The notes below the pieces were generated by a model. It did not search any database, was not told where the DNA came from, and saw only the letters and a list, made by a program, of their open reading frames with translations. The translations under genes were made by a program, and so were the position numbers. Of a stretch of 64,000 nt of DNA, positions 8,715 through 17,718 are shown one piece after another. The DNA comes from Candidatus Latescibacterota bacterium (GTDB taxonomy: Bacteria; Latescibacterota; UBA2968; GCA-2709665): positions 288,001 to 352,000 of the forward strand of contig CAXXXF010000006.1 in the NCBI GenBank assembly GCA_963667175.2, read 5' to 3'. Each line of letters begins with the position of its first letter. Position 1 is the stretch's first letter.

Positions 8715-10907
8715 TCAACCCGGATTCAGGGCAAGCCAGGATCTCAACGCCGGCGCCTGCGGGTGGTTCGGCGCCAGGTCCAGCACTTTTCTGAAATTGA
8801 CGCGGGTCTTCCGCACGTCCCCTAACGTGTGGTAGACAACGCCCAGGTTGTAATATCCCTCCGCGTACCTGGGGTCCAGGTCCACGGCTTTCTCGTACGC
8901 GGATATCGCCCGCTGATGGTCCCCCAGGCCGTGGTATGCGTTTCCAAGATTCGCATGCGCCCTGGAATAATCCGGCTTCAGCGTTATGGCTTTTCGATAG
9001 GCCGCCACGGCCGCGTCGAACCGTCCCGTTCTGTAGTAAAGATCGCCGACGTTGTAGTAGGCCGCCACGAACCGCGGATTCAATCGGATCGCAGTCTCGA
9101 AAAATCCCGCCGCTTTTTCATATTCCCTCAGGCCGTACCAGGCGTTGCCTGCCTGGAAGTGGGCTTCCGCGAAGTCCGGCTTAAGGGCGATCACCCTCTC
9201 GAAGTTGGCGATTGCCCGATTGTAGTTTCCGGTATCGTAATATACGTTGCCCAGGTTGTAGTAGGCCTCCGCGAAATCCGGCTTCAGCGCAATGACCTTG
9301 TCGAAGTAAGAAACCGCTCGATCATACCGTTTCATTTCATAGTTCAAATTGCCGAGATTGTAATATCCGCCCGAGAATTCCGAATCGACTTCAATAACCT
9401 TTTCGTACGCGCGAATCGCCTGGGCGCTTCTCCCGTGGTCCCTGTGGTAGACCGCGAGCGTTTCCCATCCGTGGGACCTGGCGTGCGCCGATAGATGCCT
9501 CCCTTCCAGGTGGGTCGAAAACCGCGTTTCGGCGGATGAAACTTCCGCGTTGGCGCCAATCCATAACAGCGTGTGCAGGGCCGCGGCCGCGCAGACCAAT
9601 CCCGCGGAATTGGCGGAGATCCGCCGGTCTCGAAGCTCACGGACAACCGTGAGCGCGGTCCAAAGCGTAAGAGGCAAGGCAGAAAAGGCGAACACGTCCC
9701 AATCCCTGAAAGCGCCGAGTTCCGGATTGGCGACAACGGTGAACAAAACCGGAAACAGCGCGGCAACCAGAACAAACTGCCGATCGGACCCGCGAGGCCA
9801 ACCTCTGTTCCGGCACAGAAGCAGGACCATCAGAAAAGACGGCGCAACGAGGACGTATTGATTCACGAAATCGGACAGCTTGCCAATCGAGAACAACCTG
9901 TAGTGCTGCTTGGGGCCGGGTTCCGCAAACAGGTTCAGAATATAGAACCCCTGTCGTTTCTGCAGATACGCGACCAGATCGAATTGGATCAACAGAAGCG
10001 CGCCGAAGAAGACGATCCCGCTCAACAGAACGGCGAGCGCCGCATTCGCGGCCGACCGGCCGCGCGTTGCCGAACCGGAGGTCCCGTCCGCCCGGACTTT
10101 GAGTATTGCCAGCGCCAGCAGGGAGGGCGCGAGCGTCATCATCGTAATGTGGAGCGCCATCAGCACGCCGAGCAACGCCGCGGGCGCCCACAACGCCGCC
10201 CGGCCTTCGATCGCCCGGATGCCCAGGAGCAGGTACAGCAGCATGAACGGGAACAGGAACGCGTAATTTTCGACGTACGCGAAAAAAAGCTGCATGTATC
10301 CGGCCCCGAGCAGAAAAGCCACGATCAGAAATCGCTCAAGGGCGTCCTTTCCCAGGACCCTCGCGGCATACCTGACGGCAACCAGATACAGGATTCCGGA
10401 CGCGCAGCTGAATACCCGATACGTGGTCTCGGCGGAATCCCAGATCGGCGCGCCCGCTCTATGGAGTCCGCGGATGATCCGGAACGTCAGCGGCGCGCGG
10501 TCCGTTCTTGGGATTTCCGACCAGAAATCATCCAGTTCCCGCATCAGCATGATCCCGTCGCCGAGCAAATGCACCGCGGAACGCATGCCCCAGAAAACCA
10601 GAAGCCCACCGAACAGCAGGAGGCACCAGGACGTCGCGGTTTTCAAGAGGCCGTTACCGCGTCCGCATAACCGGGCGAGCGCCGACGTCCACCGCCCCAG
10701 CCGGTTCCGGGCGGCCAGGGATAGCAGGGCCACACTCAACAGAACGAATATCGTCCGGGCCCCGCCGCCCTGAAACCGCAGAAAGTCGGCGCCCCAGACC
10801 GGCACGGGCTGCCAGTAGGCGAACAGCACGTGCATGCCCAGAAAGAGCCCCACCACAGCGATGGACTTAGCGGATTCCGTTCGGCCTTCTTCGCGTCGCA
10901 TATCCAC
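8715..10907 (-). CDS. Polytopic membrane protein (GT-C-like) with C-terminal TPR array
   Basis: Many hydrophobic segments, LLGDG and YVENY loops, several AYYNLG-type TPR repeats. Confidence 0.75.
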   Translation of the reverse strand: MDMRREEGRTESAKSIAVVGLFLGMHVLFAYWQPVPVWGADFLRFQGGGARTIFVLLSVALLSLAARNRLGRWTSALARLCGRGNGLLKTATSWCLLLFGGLLVFWGMRSAVHLLGDGIMLMRELDDFWSEIPRTDRAPLTFRIIRGLHRAGAPIWDSAETTYRVFSCASGILYLVAVRYAARVLGKDALERFLIVAFLLGAGYMQLFFAYVENYAFLFPFMLLYLLLGIRAIEGRAALWAPAALLGVLMALHITMMTLAPSLLALAILKVRADGTSGSATRGRSAANAALAVLLSGIVFFGALLLIQFDLVAYLQKRQGFYILNLFAEPGPKQHYRLFSIGKLSDFVNQYVLVAPSFLMVLLLCRNRGWPRGSDRQFVLVAALFPVLFTVVANPELGAFRDWDVFAFSALPLTLWTALTVVRELRDRRISANSAGLVCAAAALHTLLWIGANAEVSSAETRFSTHLEGRHLSAHARSHGWETLAVYHRDHGRSAQAIRAYEKVIEVDSEFSGGYYNLGNLNYEMKRYDRAVSYFDKVIALKPDFAEAYYNLGNVYYDTGNYNRAIANFERVIALKPDFAEAHFQAGNAWYGLREYEKAAGFFETAIRLNPRFVAAYYNVGDLYYRTGRFDAAVAAYRKAITLKPDYSRAHANLGNAYHGLGDHQRAISAYEKAVDLDPRYAEGYYNLGVVYHTLGDVRKTRVNFRKVLDLAPNHPQAPALRSWLALNPG

Positions 10908-10929
10908 CCACTCTCAAGCCAGGTCGAAG

Positions 10930-11070
10930 CAACTGAAAAAAACATCAGAAACTACGAAACACGCGAAAAAGCGCGAAAAAAACACGAGAAAAACCGAAAA
11001 GCACGTCAAAGGCGCGAGAAAACGAGTAACGGCAGAGAATCAATTCACCATAGACCGTACGTCGTCACTC
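10930..11070 (+). repeat. A-rich modular repeat, locus R1
   Basis: Exact 24-mer TCAGAAACTACGAAACACGCGAAA at 10945-10968; 11011-11070 matches 24511-24570 at 50/60. Confidence 0.85.
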
Positions 11071-13596
11071 CCGCCACCGAACGAACCGTGGACCGACCAA
11101 TACCGCCGCCGCGGCCAGCAATAACGTCACGTCGACGATCAGAAGGGAGAATCTCAGCGTCGACAGCCTGGGCTCCAGTACGATCCGGCTCTCGCCAGGA
11201 TCGAGTTTCAGCGCCACAAAGTGACCGGCTGTCGTATACGCCCGCGCGTCGCGTCCGTTTACGGTAACCCGCTGGTGGGGATAGGCCGTGTATGCCAGCC
11301 GCGCAAAACAGGCTTCGCTGGTATGCACGACCAGTTCGACCCGCTGATTCCAAACCCGATGGGCGAGGACCTTCACCCGCGGCGACGTGCCCAGGTCTTC
11401 CGTCGCGTCTGCGTCGGCGAGAAGAATCTGCCCGCACGTTCGGTTCTGCGTATCGACTTCCATGGCCTGAATCAACTTCACAAAATCGCTCAGCGCACGG
11501 CTCTGCATCCTGCGCGCTTCACGTTCATCGACGTCCGAGCCGGACCGGGCGCGCGCCCTGTCCAGCTCCCGGACGGGATAGGACCATCCCGAGATCTTCG
11601 ACGACACGACGACGGGACTGGCTTCAGGAAATTCCCTGTGGAAAATGCGGTCCTGCTCCGAAGCGGAATACAGCAGGTGGCGCGTGTTCATCAGGAAGAG
11701 CCCAACTTGGATCACGTCGAACCCCGGCATTTCACTCAGGGCCGCGTTCTCTTCCAGGCGCTGCAGCGACAGGTGAAGCACGTCCTGGAAACGCCGGACA
11801 AAGGCCGGTATCGACAGCGGGTACTGCGTGAACGTATCCAGAGGCGTCGCGAAGCCAGTCTGAAGCGCCAGCCATGGAATGATGAAGTGGTAGTAGATCT
11901 TATTCGTCGTATGGAAAAGGCGGTAACCGGGAAGCTGCCCGTCGCCGTAGGCTTCAAGCTCTTCCCGGAACCGTTCGTATACGGGATGGTGTTGTAAAGG
12001 AAGCGGTTTCACAAGCGGCCAGGCGTTCGGATCCCGCCGCAGGTCCTGCAAGGCGCGAGGGCCGACGTTCAAAACCGAGCCAGCGGACCGGTACGGCTGT
12101 TGAAAGGTGGTTGGCCCCAGGTCCGCCAGGATCACCACGAGAACGGCCACGAAGACCCCGACGGGGCGTTTCCGTCCCATTGCGCGCGCGGCCGCAAACA
12201 ACCCCACGAGCACGGCGACGAAGAACACCACAAACAGCAGGTAGCGTGAGGCGTTCATCGCCTGCACCACCCCCATGGACGTGAGCACAGGCCATCGGTA
12301 CCCGAAAACCAGCAACAGCGATCCGGCCAGGCAAAGGCCAACCGGAATTCCCGCAGCGCGCACTCCCGCGCGTTCGCTCCGGACAATCCGTACCAGCGCC
12401 CACAACGCAATCGCGACCAGACTTACCCCGAGATATCCTCCGTACCAGTGGTCCTGGGCCTGAAAGAGCCGGAACCGGTAGTTGGACCAGAACAGCAGAT
12501 GCCGCCAGGTGGGCATGGGAAACTCGGACATGTAGAATCCCGCGTGAAGTCCCGTCAATCCCCGTTCCAGGTACATCGGTACCGTCAGATAAGTCCCCAG
12601 CAACGCGCCCCCCCCGAAGAGCAGCAGACCGTGTCGAATCGAGAACGGCGTGTCTTCGCGAGGGGTCATTCGGTACCTGGCGATTGCATACACCCCGAGA
12701 AACGCGGTTGCCCAGAAGCCGTAACCCGGATGGGTAAAATGAAGACAGCTCAGCGCCAGGCCGCCGCCCACGCCCTGGGCCAGCCGGTTCGGATGATTCC
12801 GCAGTCCCTCCCAGAAGTAGAACGGCAACGGCAGAAGGGCATAGAACAACGACAGCGGCAGCCTGCCCATAATGAGGACCTGCTGCGTATGCCAGAAACT
12901 CAATACGTACGCAATCCCCGCCGCGAAACCGGCCGGGCGCGAACCCGTCAGCCGCCGGACGAAGAGGTACGCTGCGAGCCCGGACAGGGCGTGGGCGGCG
13001 CCGAGCACGAACTTGATCGACGAAAACGGCGCCTGGAAGGCCAGATTCACCAGCCCGACCAGGTAGTAGAACAGGAAGCCGTAGAATTGCAGGTAGGGCG
13101 TGCCGTTGCAGAAGTAGTGGGTCCAGATCGGGACCTCGCCCTGTGCCATCGACGTTGCCGCCAGCCAGGCGTAGGTCACGTGCAGATAGGTGTCGGCGCC
13201 ATGGGCGAATTCCCCTTCAGCAAAATAAAAACGAACCAGAATCAGACTCCCCGCAACGAGGAGCAGGACCGTTCGCTTTTCGCTTGCGAAAATATGGTCG
13301 AAAAACACCGAGAGCCGCCGCTTGCGCCACTCCAGAAAGACCAGCAGCGATCCCACCGCCAGGATCAGAAACAGCAGCGACGCGTCCATCGCGTTGAACT
13401 TCACGAACCGCGAAACGACTGCGAGAAAGCCCTGAAGACTCTGATACCTGAGTCCCGGTCGAAGAACACTGAATTTATCCAGCGTCACGTACTGAAAGAT
13501 AATCAGCAGCCCCGCCAGCAACGCCAGCAGGGCCGACACGTCCACGGGCCATCCGGTGTTTTTGCGTCCCTCAGGCCGTTTCAATTCGTACTCCAC
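11065..13596 (-). CDS. YfhO / 6-pyruvoyl-tetrahydropterin-synthase-related membrane protein (GT-C fold)
   Basis: GADTYLH...PIWTHYFCNGTPYLQFYG N-terminal motif, multiple TM segments, YfhO-like C-terminus (AYPHQRVTVNG...LDPGESRIVL). Confidence 0.7.
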   Translation of the reverse strand: MEYELKRPEGRKNTGWPVDVSALLALLAGLLIIFQYVTLDKFSVLRPGLRYQSLQGFLAVVSRFVKFNAMDASLLFLILAVGSLLVFLEWRKRRLSVFFDHIFASEKRTVLLLVAGSLILVRFYFAEGEFAHGADTYLHVTYAWLAATSMAQGEVPIWTHYFCNGTPYLQFYGFLFYYLVGLVNLAFQAPFSSIKFVLGAAHALSGLAAYLFVRRLTGSRPAGFAAGIAYVLSFWHTQQVLIMGRLPLSLFYALLPLPFYFWEGLRNHPNRLAQGVGGGLALSCLHFTHPGYGFWATAFLGVYAIARYRMTPREDTPFSIRHGLLLFGGGALLGTYLTVPMYLERGLTGLHAGFYMSEFPMPTWRHLLFWSNYRFRLFQAQDHWYGGYLGVSLVAIALWALVRIVRSERAGVRAAGIPVGLCLAGSLLLVFGYRWPVLTSMGVVQAMNASRYLLFVVFFVAVLVGLFAAARAMGRKRPVGVFVAVLVVILADLGPTTFQQPYRSAGSVLNVGPRALQDLRRDPNAWPLVKPLPLQHHPVYERFREELEAYGDGQLPGYRLFHTTNKIYYHFIIPWLALQTGFATPLDTFTQYPLSIPAFVRRFQDVLHLSLQRLEENAALSEMPGFDVIQVGLFLMNTRHLLYSASEQDRIFHREFPEASPVVVSSKISGWSYPVRELDRARARSGSDVDEREARRMQSRALSDFVKLIQAMEVDTQNRTCGQILLADADATEDLGTSPRVKVLAHRVWNQRVELVVHTSEACFARLAYTAYPHQRVTVNGRDARAYTTAGHFVALKLDPGESRIVLEPRLSTLRFSLLIVDVTLLLAAAAVLVGPRFVRWRE

Positions 13597-13667
13597 GTTT
13601 GTCTGCCAGGTATCCGCCGAGGCGAGTTAAGAACGCAATCGATGTTCGCCGGCTCACGACGTGGACT

Positions 13668-14306
13668 CTATTCGAAAGAGATCCCCACTCGAGCTGGGAA
13701 GAGTTGCGTGCTTCCCCGCTCTCCTGTTGTAAAACCCACTTCAAAGCGACCTTCAAAAAACAGATGCACCCGGTCCGTCAACCTGATATCGATGCCCGCG
13801 CCCGCGTTGACCGCAAACCCGGTGGCGGACAACCCGTCAACCTGAAATACCTGGCCGCCAACCTCGAAAACTTCGATGTCGACTTCGGAATAGGACAGAA
13901 TTCCCAGTCCGGCAACCCCATAAGGCACGGCTCTGACGTCCAGATCGTCCGAATCGATGGTCTTGGTATATTTCATACTGGCGAACGCGCTGAAGAGATG
14001 TTTCTCCCCGCCTTTTGTATCTGCGACCACGCCGAGGGCATCGTTTTCCGCCTTGAATTTGCCTTCATCGAATCCGAAACGGGCGTAGCCCAACCGGCCC
14101 TGAACGGCCAGGCTGGGATGAATGAAGTACTCCGCTCCCACGCCCACGCCGAGGCCGGGATACCAGACCTCCGACAGTGAACCGGATGCGGGCGCAGCGA
14201 TTCCTGCCGTCACAAAATAGATCGGCTTCTGCTGCGCCGTCGCGTCGCCCGCCCACCCGCCGGCCAATAACTGTGCTGCAACAAGAACCGAAAGCCCTCT
14301 AATCAC
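13668..14306 (-). CDS. Outer-membrane beta-barrel protein (OmpA/OMP_b-brl type)
   Basis: GTG 14306 with AAGGAG RBS, signal peptide ending ATA-QQ, alternating beta strands, PYGVAGLG, C-terminal GISFE. Confidence 0.8.
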   Translation of the reverse strand: MIRGLSVLVAAQLLAGGWAGDATAQQKPIYFVTAGIAAPASGSLSEVWYPGLGVGVGAEYFIHPSLAVQGRLGYARFGFDEGKFKAENDALGVVADTKGGEKHLFSAFASMKYTKTIDSDDLDVRAVPYGVAGLGILSYSEVDIEVFEVGGQVFQVDGLSATGFAVNAGAGIDIRLTDRVHLFFEGRFEVGFTTGERGSTQLFPARVGISFE

Positions 14307-14410
14307 AAAGGCCCTCCTTTTTTCCGGCGTCCATCTACCAACATCAAAAAGCGAAGTTTGCTTTGTGTCGCAAATCATGCCGCACGGTTTCCGCGACCAT
14401 GGGTGAGCAT

Positions 14411-14435
14411 GGGCAGGTTTGAAACCTGCCCCTAC
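14411..14435 (-). repeat. GTAG-type REP palindrome
   Basis: Minus strand GTAG-GGGCAGGTTT-C-AAACCTGCCC. Confidence 0.7.
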
Positions 14436-14486
14436 GGATTGTGCATCCAACCGAAATTCGATCGTTCATCAAGACAGACTACGTGA

Positions 14487-14510
14487 GCAGACAAGAATGT
14501 CTGCCCCACC
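14487..14510 (-). repeat. GTGG-type REP-like palindrome
   Basis: Minus strand GGTGGG-GCAGACA-TTCT-TGTCTGC. Confidence 0.6.
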
Positions 14511-14634
14511 CTCGTGTTCTGTCCGGGATCGAATTCTTCCTGGCGATGAACAGACGGCGCCTGGCTATTGGCTTACGGCCCCCAGTTCCCCTGTATCAGA
14601 GGACCAAGAATAGCCACAGAAGGGCCGTCATCTC

Positions 14635-14660
14635 CGTCTCACGTCTCACGTCTCCCGTCT
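14635..14660. repeat. Heptamer tandem repeat (CGTCTCA/C) x3.7
   Basis: cgtctca cgtctca cgtctcc cgtct, directly after the stop of 14659-15993. Confidence 0.6.
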
Positions 14661-15993
14661 AACCGCTTTCCTGCAGCCTGCGCCAACCCTGGAGGATGGA
14701 CGGGATCATCTCTACGGGTTGCCCTGCCTTGCAGAACACGGCCCACAGCACGTCCCACACCCGCGGATGCCATTGGCACAGATCGATCCAGTCCGCGCAC
14801 GGCGTGCTGTCCCCTTCCTTCCGGTCCACGCGCCCGCCGATGACCGGGTCATCCAGCGACCCGTTCCACATCTGATCCAGCAGGGTATGCGCGAACCGCT
14901 TCATATCGGCGATATTGAATACCACGCCGCGCCGGCAGGCGTCGACGGCGAATCCGACGTCGATCCGCCCGTGACTCGTATCTTCGATGGCGCTGTGACC
15001 GTGTTCGCCGGCCTCGAACCAGTCCCAATAGTACCAGGTATAGGCCCTGCCCGTCTTCCAGAGATGCCGCTTGAAATTCCTCGCCATCCGCTGCGCCCGA
15101 TCCGCAAACAGGGGTTTCCGCGACACGCTCTGAAGCGACAGGTACGCCCGGGCCAGCGAGAGATACTGATTGTGCGGCATCATCCGGTTCGGAAACCGTT
15201 CCGTCATCCAGGGAGAAAACCGGTACCCGCCGGACGCGGGAGATGCATCCACCCAGTCCCGCTCGTGCTTGTCGGCGATCTGCTGCCCGATAAAACGCAG
15301 GTACTCGCGTGCGCTGTCTCCGAACGTCGCCTTCAACTCCGCATGCTTCAAGGCGTGCTCGACAAAGCGGCTCACCGGATGCAGAAACATCCCCTGGTGG
15401 ACGATATACTCCAGCGGCTCGCCGGCGAAGACCTGAACCCAGAACCGGTCTCCCGCGCGCGCCGCGCCCTCGATGCTGATCTTGAACGGCGCGAAACCGT
15501 CCAGCGTCGATCCGGGCCGAAAGCGGCCGCCGGCCAACTCCTTCCTCGTTCCGTATTCCTGCACGGCGTACCGCCGCCCGGGGAGAATCTCCACCACGCG
15601 AAGCGTATCCCGCGCCATGTCGCCGCCCCGGATCACCCACACCCGTTCCTCCTCGGGTGTGATGCGCGCCGTACCCCGGTTGTGCATCGACCCCGTTCTC
15701 ACCAGCGCCACGGAATAGGTCGGCGTGACCCAGGTCGCGTGATCGTCGGCAAAGTGGTCCTGCCTTGTGGCAATCATCCGGTCGAAATGGTCCACGATTC
15801 TTTCCAGCCATCCCGAATCGCCGGTTGATTCGTAGAGCTTCACGTACGCATCCAGAAATCCGCTCTCACCCCATCCCAGGCTCCCGGAATCCGGATTATC
15901 GGACTGGCCCTTGCCTTGGTTGTGTGATCGGTCATAAGCTGCGAATCTCTCGACCAGTTCGTCGCGATCATACGGAGCGGCACTCCCGCTCAT
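14659..15993 (-). CDS. Hypothetical protein, possible alpha/alpha-toroid enzyme
   Basis: 444-aa ORF with GGAGG RBS; aromatic-rich helical repeats (YVKLYESTGD..WL, WYYWDW, EDTSHG). Confidence 0.6.
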   Translation of the reverse strand: MSGSAAPYDRDELVERFAAYDRSHNQGKGQSDNPDSGSLGWGESGFLDAYVKLYESTGDSGWLERIVDHFDRMIATRQDHFADDHATWVTPTYSVALVRTGSMHNRGTARITPEEERVWVIRGGDMARDTLRVVEILPGRRYAVQEYGTRKELAGGRFRPGSTLDGFAPFKISIEGAARAGDRFWVQVFAGEPLEYIVHQGMFLHPVSRFVEHALKHAELKATFGDSAREYLRFIGQQIADKHERDWVDASPASGGYRFSPWMTERFPNRMMPHNQYLSLARAYLSLQSVSRKPLFADRAQRMARNFKRHLWKTGRAYTWYYWDWFEAGEHGHSAIEDTSHGRIDVGFAVDACRRGVVFNIADMKRFAHTLLDQMWNGSLDDPVIGGRVDRKEGDSTPCADWIDLCQWHPRVWDVLWAVFCKAGQPVEMIPSILQGWRRLQESG

Positions 15994-16064
15994 ATCTGCC
16001 TCCAGTTCTTGCGCTCTTCAGCGACTCGTCCGCAGCTGCCAGATCAAACCTGTCGTGAAATGAG

Positions 16065-16091
16065 AATGGACGCGCCTGACGCACGTCCATT
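16065..16091 (-). terminator. Hairpin downstream of the protease
   Basis: AATGGACG-11 nt-CGTCCATT. Confidence 0.4.
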
Positions 16092-16147
16092 GCGTATCTG
16101 AGAACACGTTAAATTACTGCGGATTTTTAGCGTTCCAAACACGGCTG

Positions 16148-17089
16148 TCAATCAACAGTCTTGACCATGTCGTACAGATTCAAAAATCCATCGCCGAAGT
16201 ACGGCGAGTACATCGACCCGGGTTCAGTATCGCACCTGAAACTGTTCATGCCATTCGCATAGCTTTTCCGATTATTCGTAACAATCCAGGGCCCACCACT
16301 GCAGCCACGGGTCATGTTGTTGCGCATACAAATGGGATTCGTTCCGTTTATATAACCCCCGAGAGATTGCCACATGTGTCTTCCGTCGAACGCGTGTCCA
16401 GGAACCGGTTCACGTGGGTAGCCGAGGGACCTGTACGGACCCTGGTCAGGCGGGTAATTCGCCATCCAGCCAAGTGATCCGGTTGCCGGTCGAATGGGGA
16501 GGTGAGTCACGAATGCCCCCATATCGTACCTGAAGTCTCGATTCTGTGTCCATCCGTTGAGAGAAAAAATCTCCGTCGAACTCCATTTCCCGACCGCATC
16601 ATCCGAAGCATCGTACTGCGGCACGAACAGTATGTTGTCGGCCCAGCCGCCATTTTTCCAGTCGTATACGCAATGGCCGGCGGTAAAGACGCCCTTCTCC
16701 GCGATTACCCATCCAGTCCCGACGTAGGGTTTGCCATTGAACGTCATGAACATCTTGCCGACTGTGCTGTAGGGCACGTCGTTTCGGGCATCCGCCGGCA
16801 CTCGTGTGGTTTTGAAGGTGTTTGGGACGTCGACGGCTTCTTCGTGGTCACTAACGCCGGCGCCGTCAGGAGGCTGGCTCTCCATGACCGTTATAGTGGC
16901 TTCCTGTGTCCAGATATCAGCCGCCATAAATGACAACACTTGCTCTTCAGAAACGTCGGCTTCTTTCGGTTGTGCCATCTCCATTTTTTCGTGAGTCCAG
17001 TACGACTCAATGTCGCTTGCGGATCTATCTGCCCCATTCTCGGCGCTTGTTACGGCTATATCTTCCGGTTGAATTTGCACTGTTGTCAC
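16148..17089 (-). CDS. Trypsin-like (S1, V8/glutamyl endopeptidase-like) serine protease
   Basis: TAGHCV (His), YDMG (Asp), GCSGGPW (Ser); N-terminal YWTHEKMEMAQP propeptide motif. Confidence 0.9.
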   Translation of the reverse strand: MTTVQIQPEDIAVTSAENGADRSASDIESYWTHEKMEMAQPKEADVSEEQVLSFMAADIWTQEATITVMESQPPDGAGVSDHEEAVDVPNTFKTTRVPADARNDVPYSTVGKMFMTFNGKPYVGTGWVIAEKGVFTAGHCVYDWKNGGWADNILFVPQYDASDDAVGKWSSTEIFSLNGWTQNRDFRYDMGAFVTHLPIRPATGSLGWMANYPPDQGPYRSLGYPREPVPGHAFDGRHMWQSLGGYINGTNPICMRNNMTRGCSGGPWIVTNNRKSYANGMNSFRCDTEPGSMYSPYFGDGFLNLYDMVKTVD

Positions 17090-17113
17090 ATCAATCTGGT
17101 TTGCAGTTCAATC

Positions 17114-17299
17114 TCAGGAGTCGGCGGGTTTACCCGTTTCGCCTGGTGCTGGCCGTTCCAAACCCACGGGGACGGCGGAACGCATTCGCTCGGGTGTCCA
17201 ATAGGCCATTACATCTTCGCTCGATTCCATGTTCCGTTTAGAGGTAACAGACGTCGATTCCGCTGGCTTGCTGTCCTTACCGCCATCAAGACTCTTCAT
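17114..17299 (-). CDS. Small protein resembling a protease propeptide
   Basis: 61 aa, GGGGGT RBS, contains YWTPERMRSAVP, similar to the downstream protease N-terminus. Confidence 0.6.
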   Translation of the reverse strand: MKSLDGGKDSKPAESTSVTSKRNMESSEDVMAYWTPERMRSAVPVGLERPAPGETGKPADS

Positions 17300-17718
17300 C
17301 TTACACCCCCTGATGTCTTAACAGGCTCAATACGCTACACGACGATTACCATTAAAGACAATCGGCACAACTTTGACGCTTATACCGATCCCCCGGGGGA
17401 CGGAATAGAGTAAGACGTTCTAAAAAAATCGGACATAGTTGGAATAAAACTTACGGTGGAAAAGATCGCGAGTCAATGGGTTTTTATCTTCGGCTCTTCT
17501 GGTAGGTTTACACGCCACGACCTTTCCGCCTGCTGACGTTCGCTCTTCGTTGCGTAAAAAAGCGCTCAGCCATCACACTTCCAGAGACTAGCAGTCCAGT
17601 CCAATGCAAGACGCGAGACGAAAAATCAAAGGACAGACGGGACTGGGGGGATGCCGGGGTCCTCTTCCGTCTTGCGTCTAACCTCTCCCCGGCGGGAGAC
17701 GGGCGGAGGCGGGTTCGC

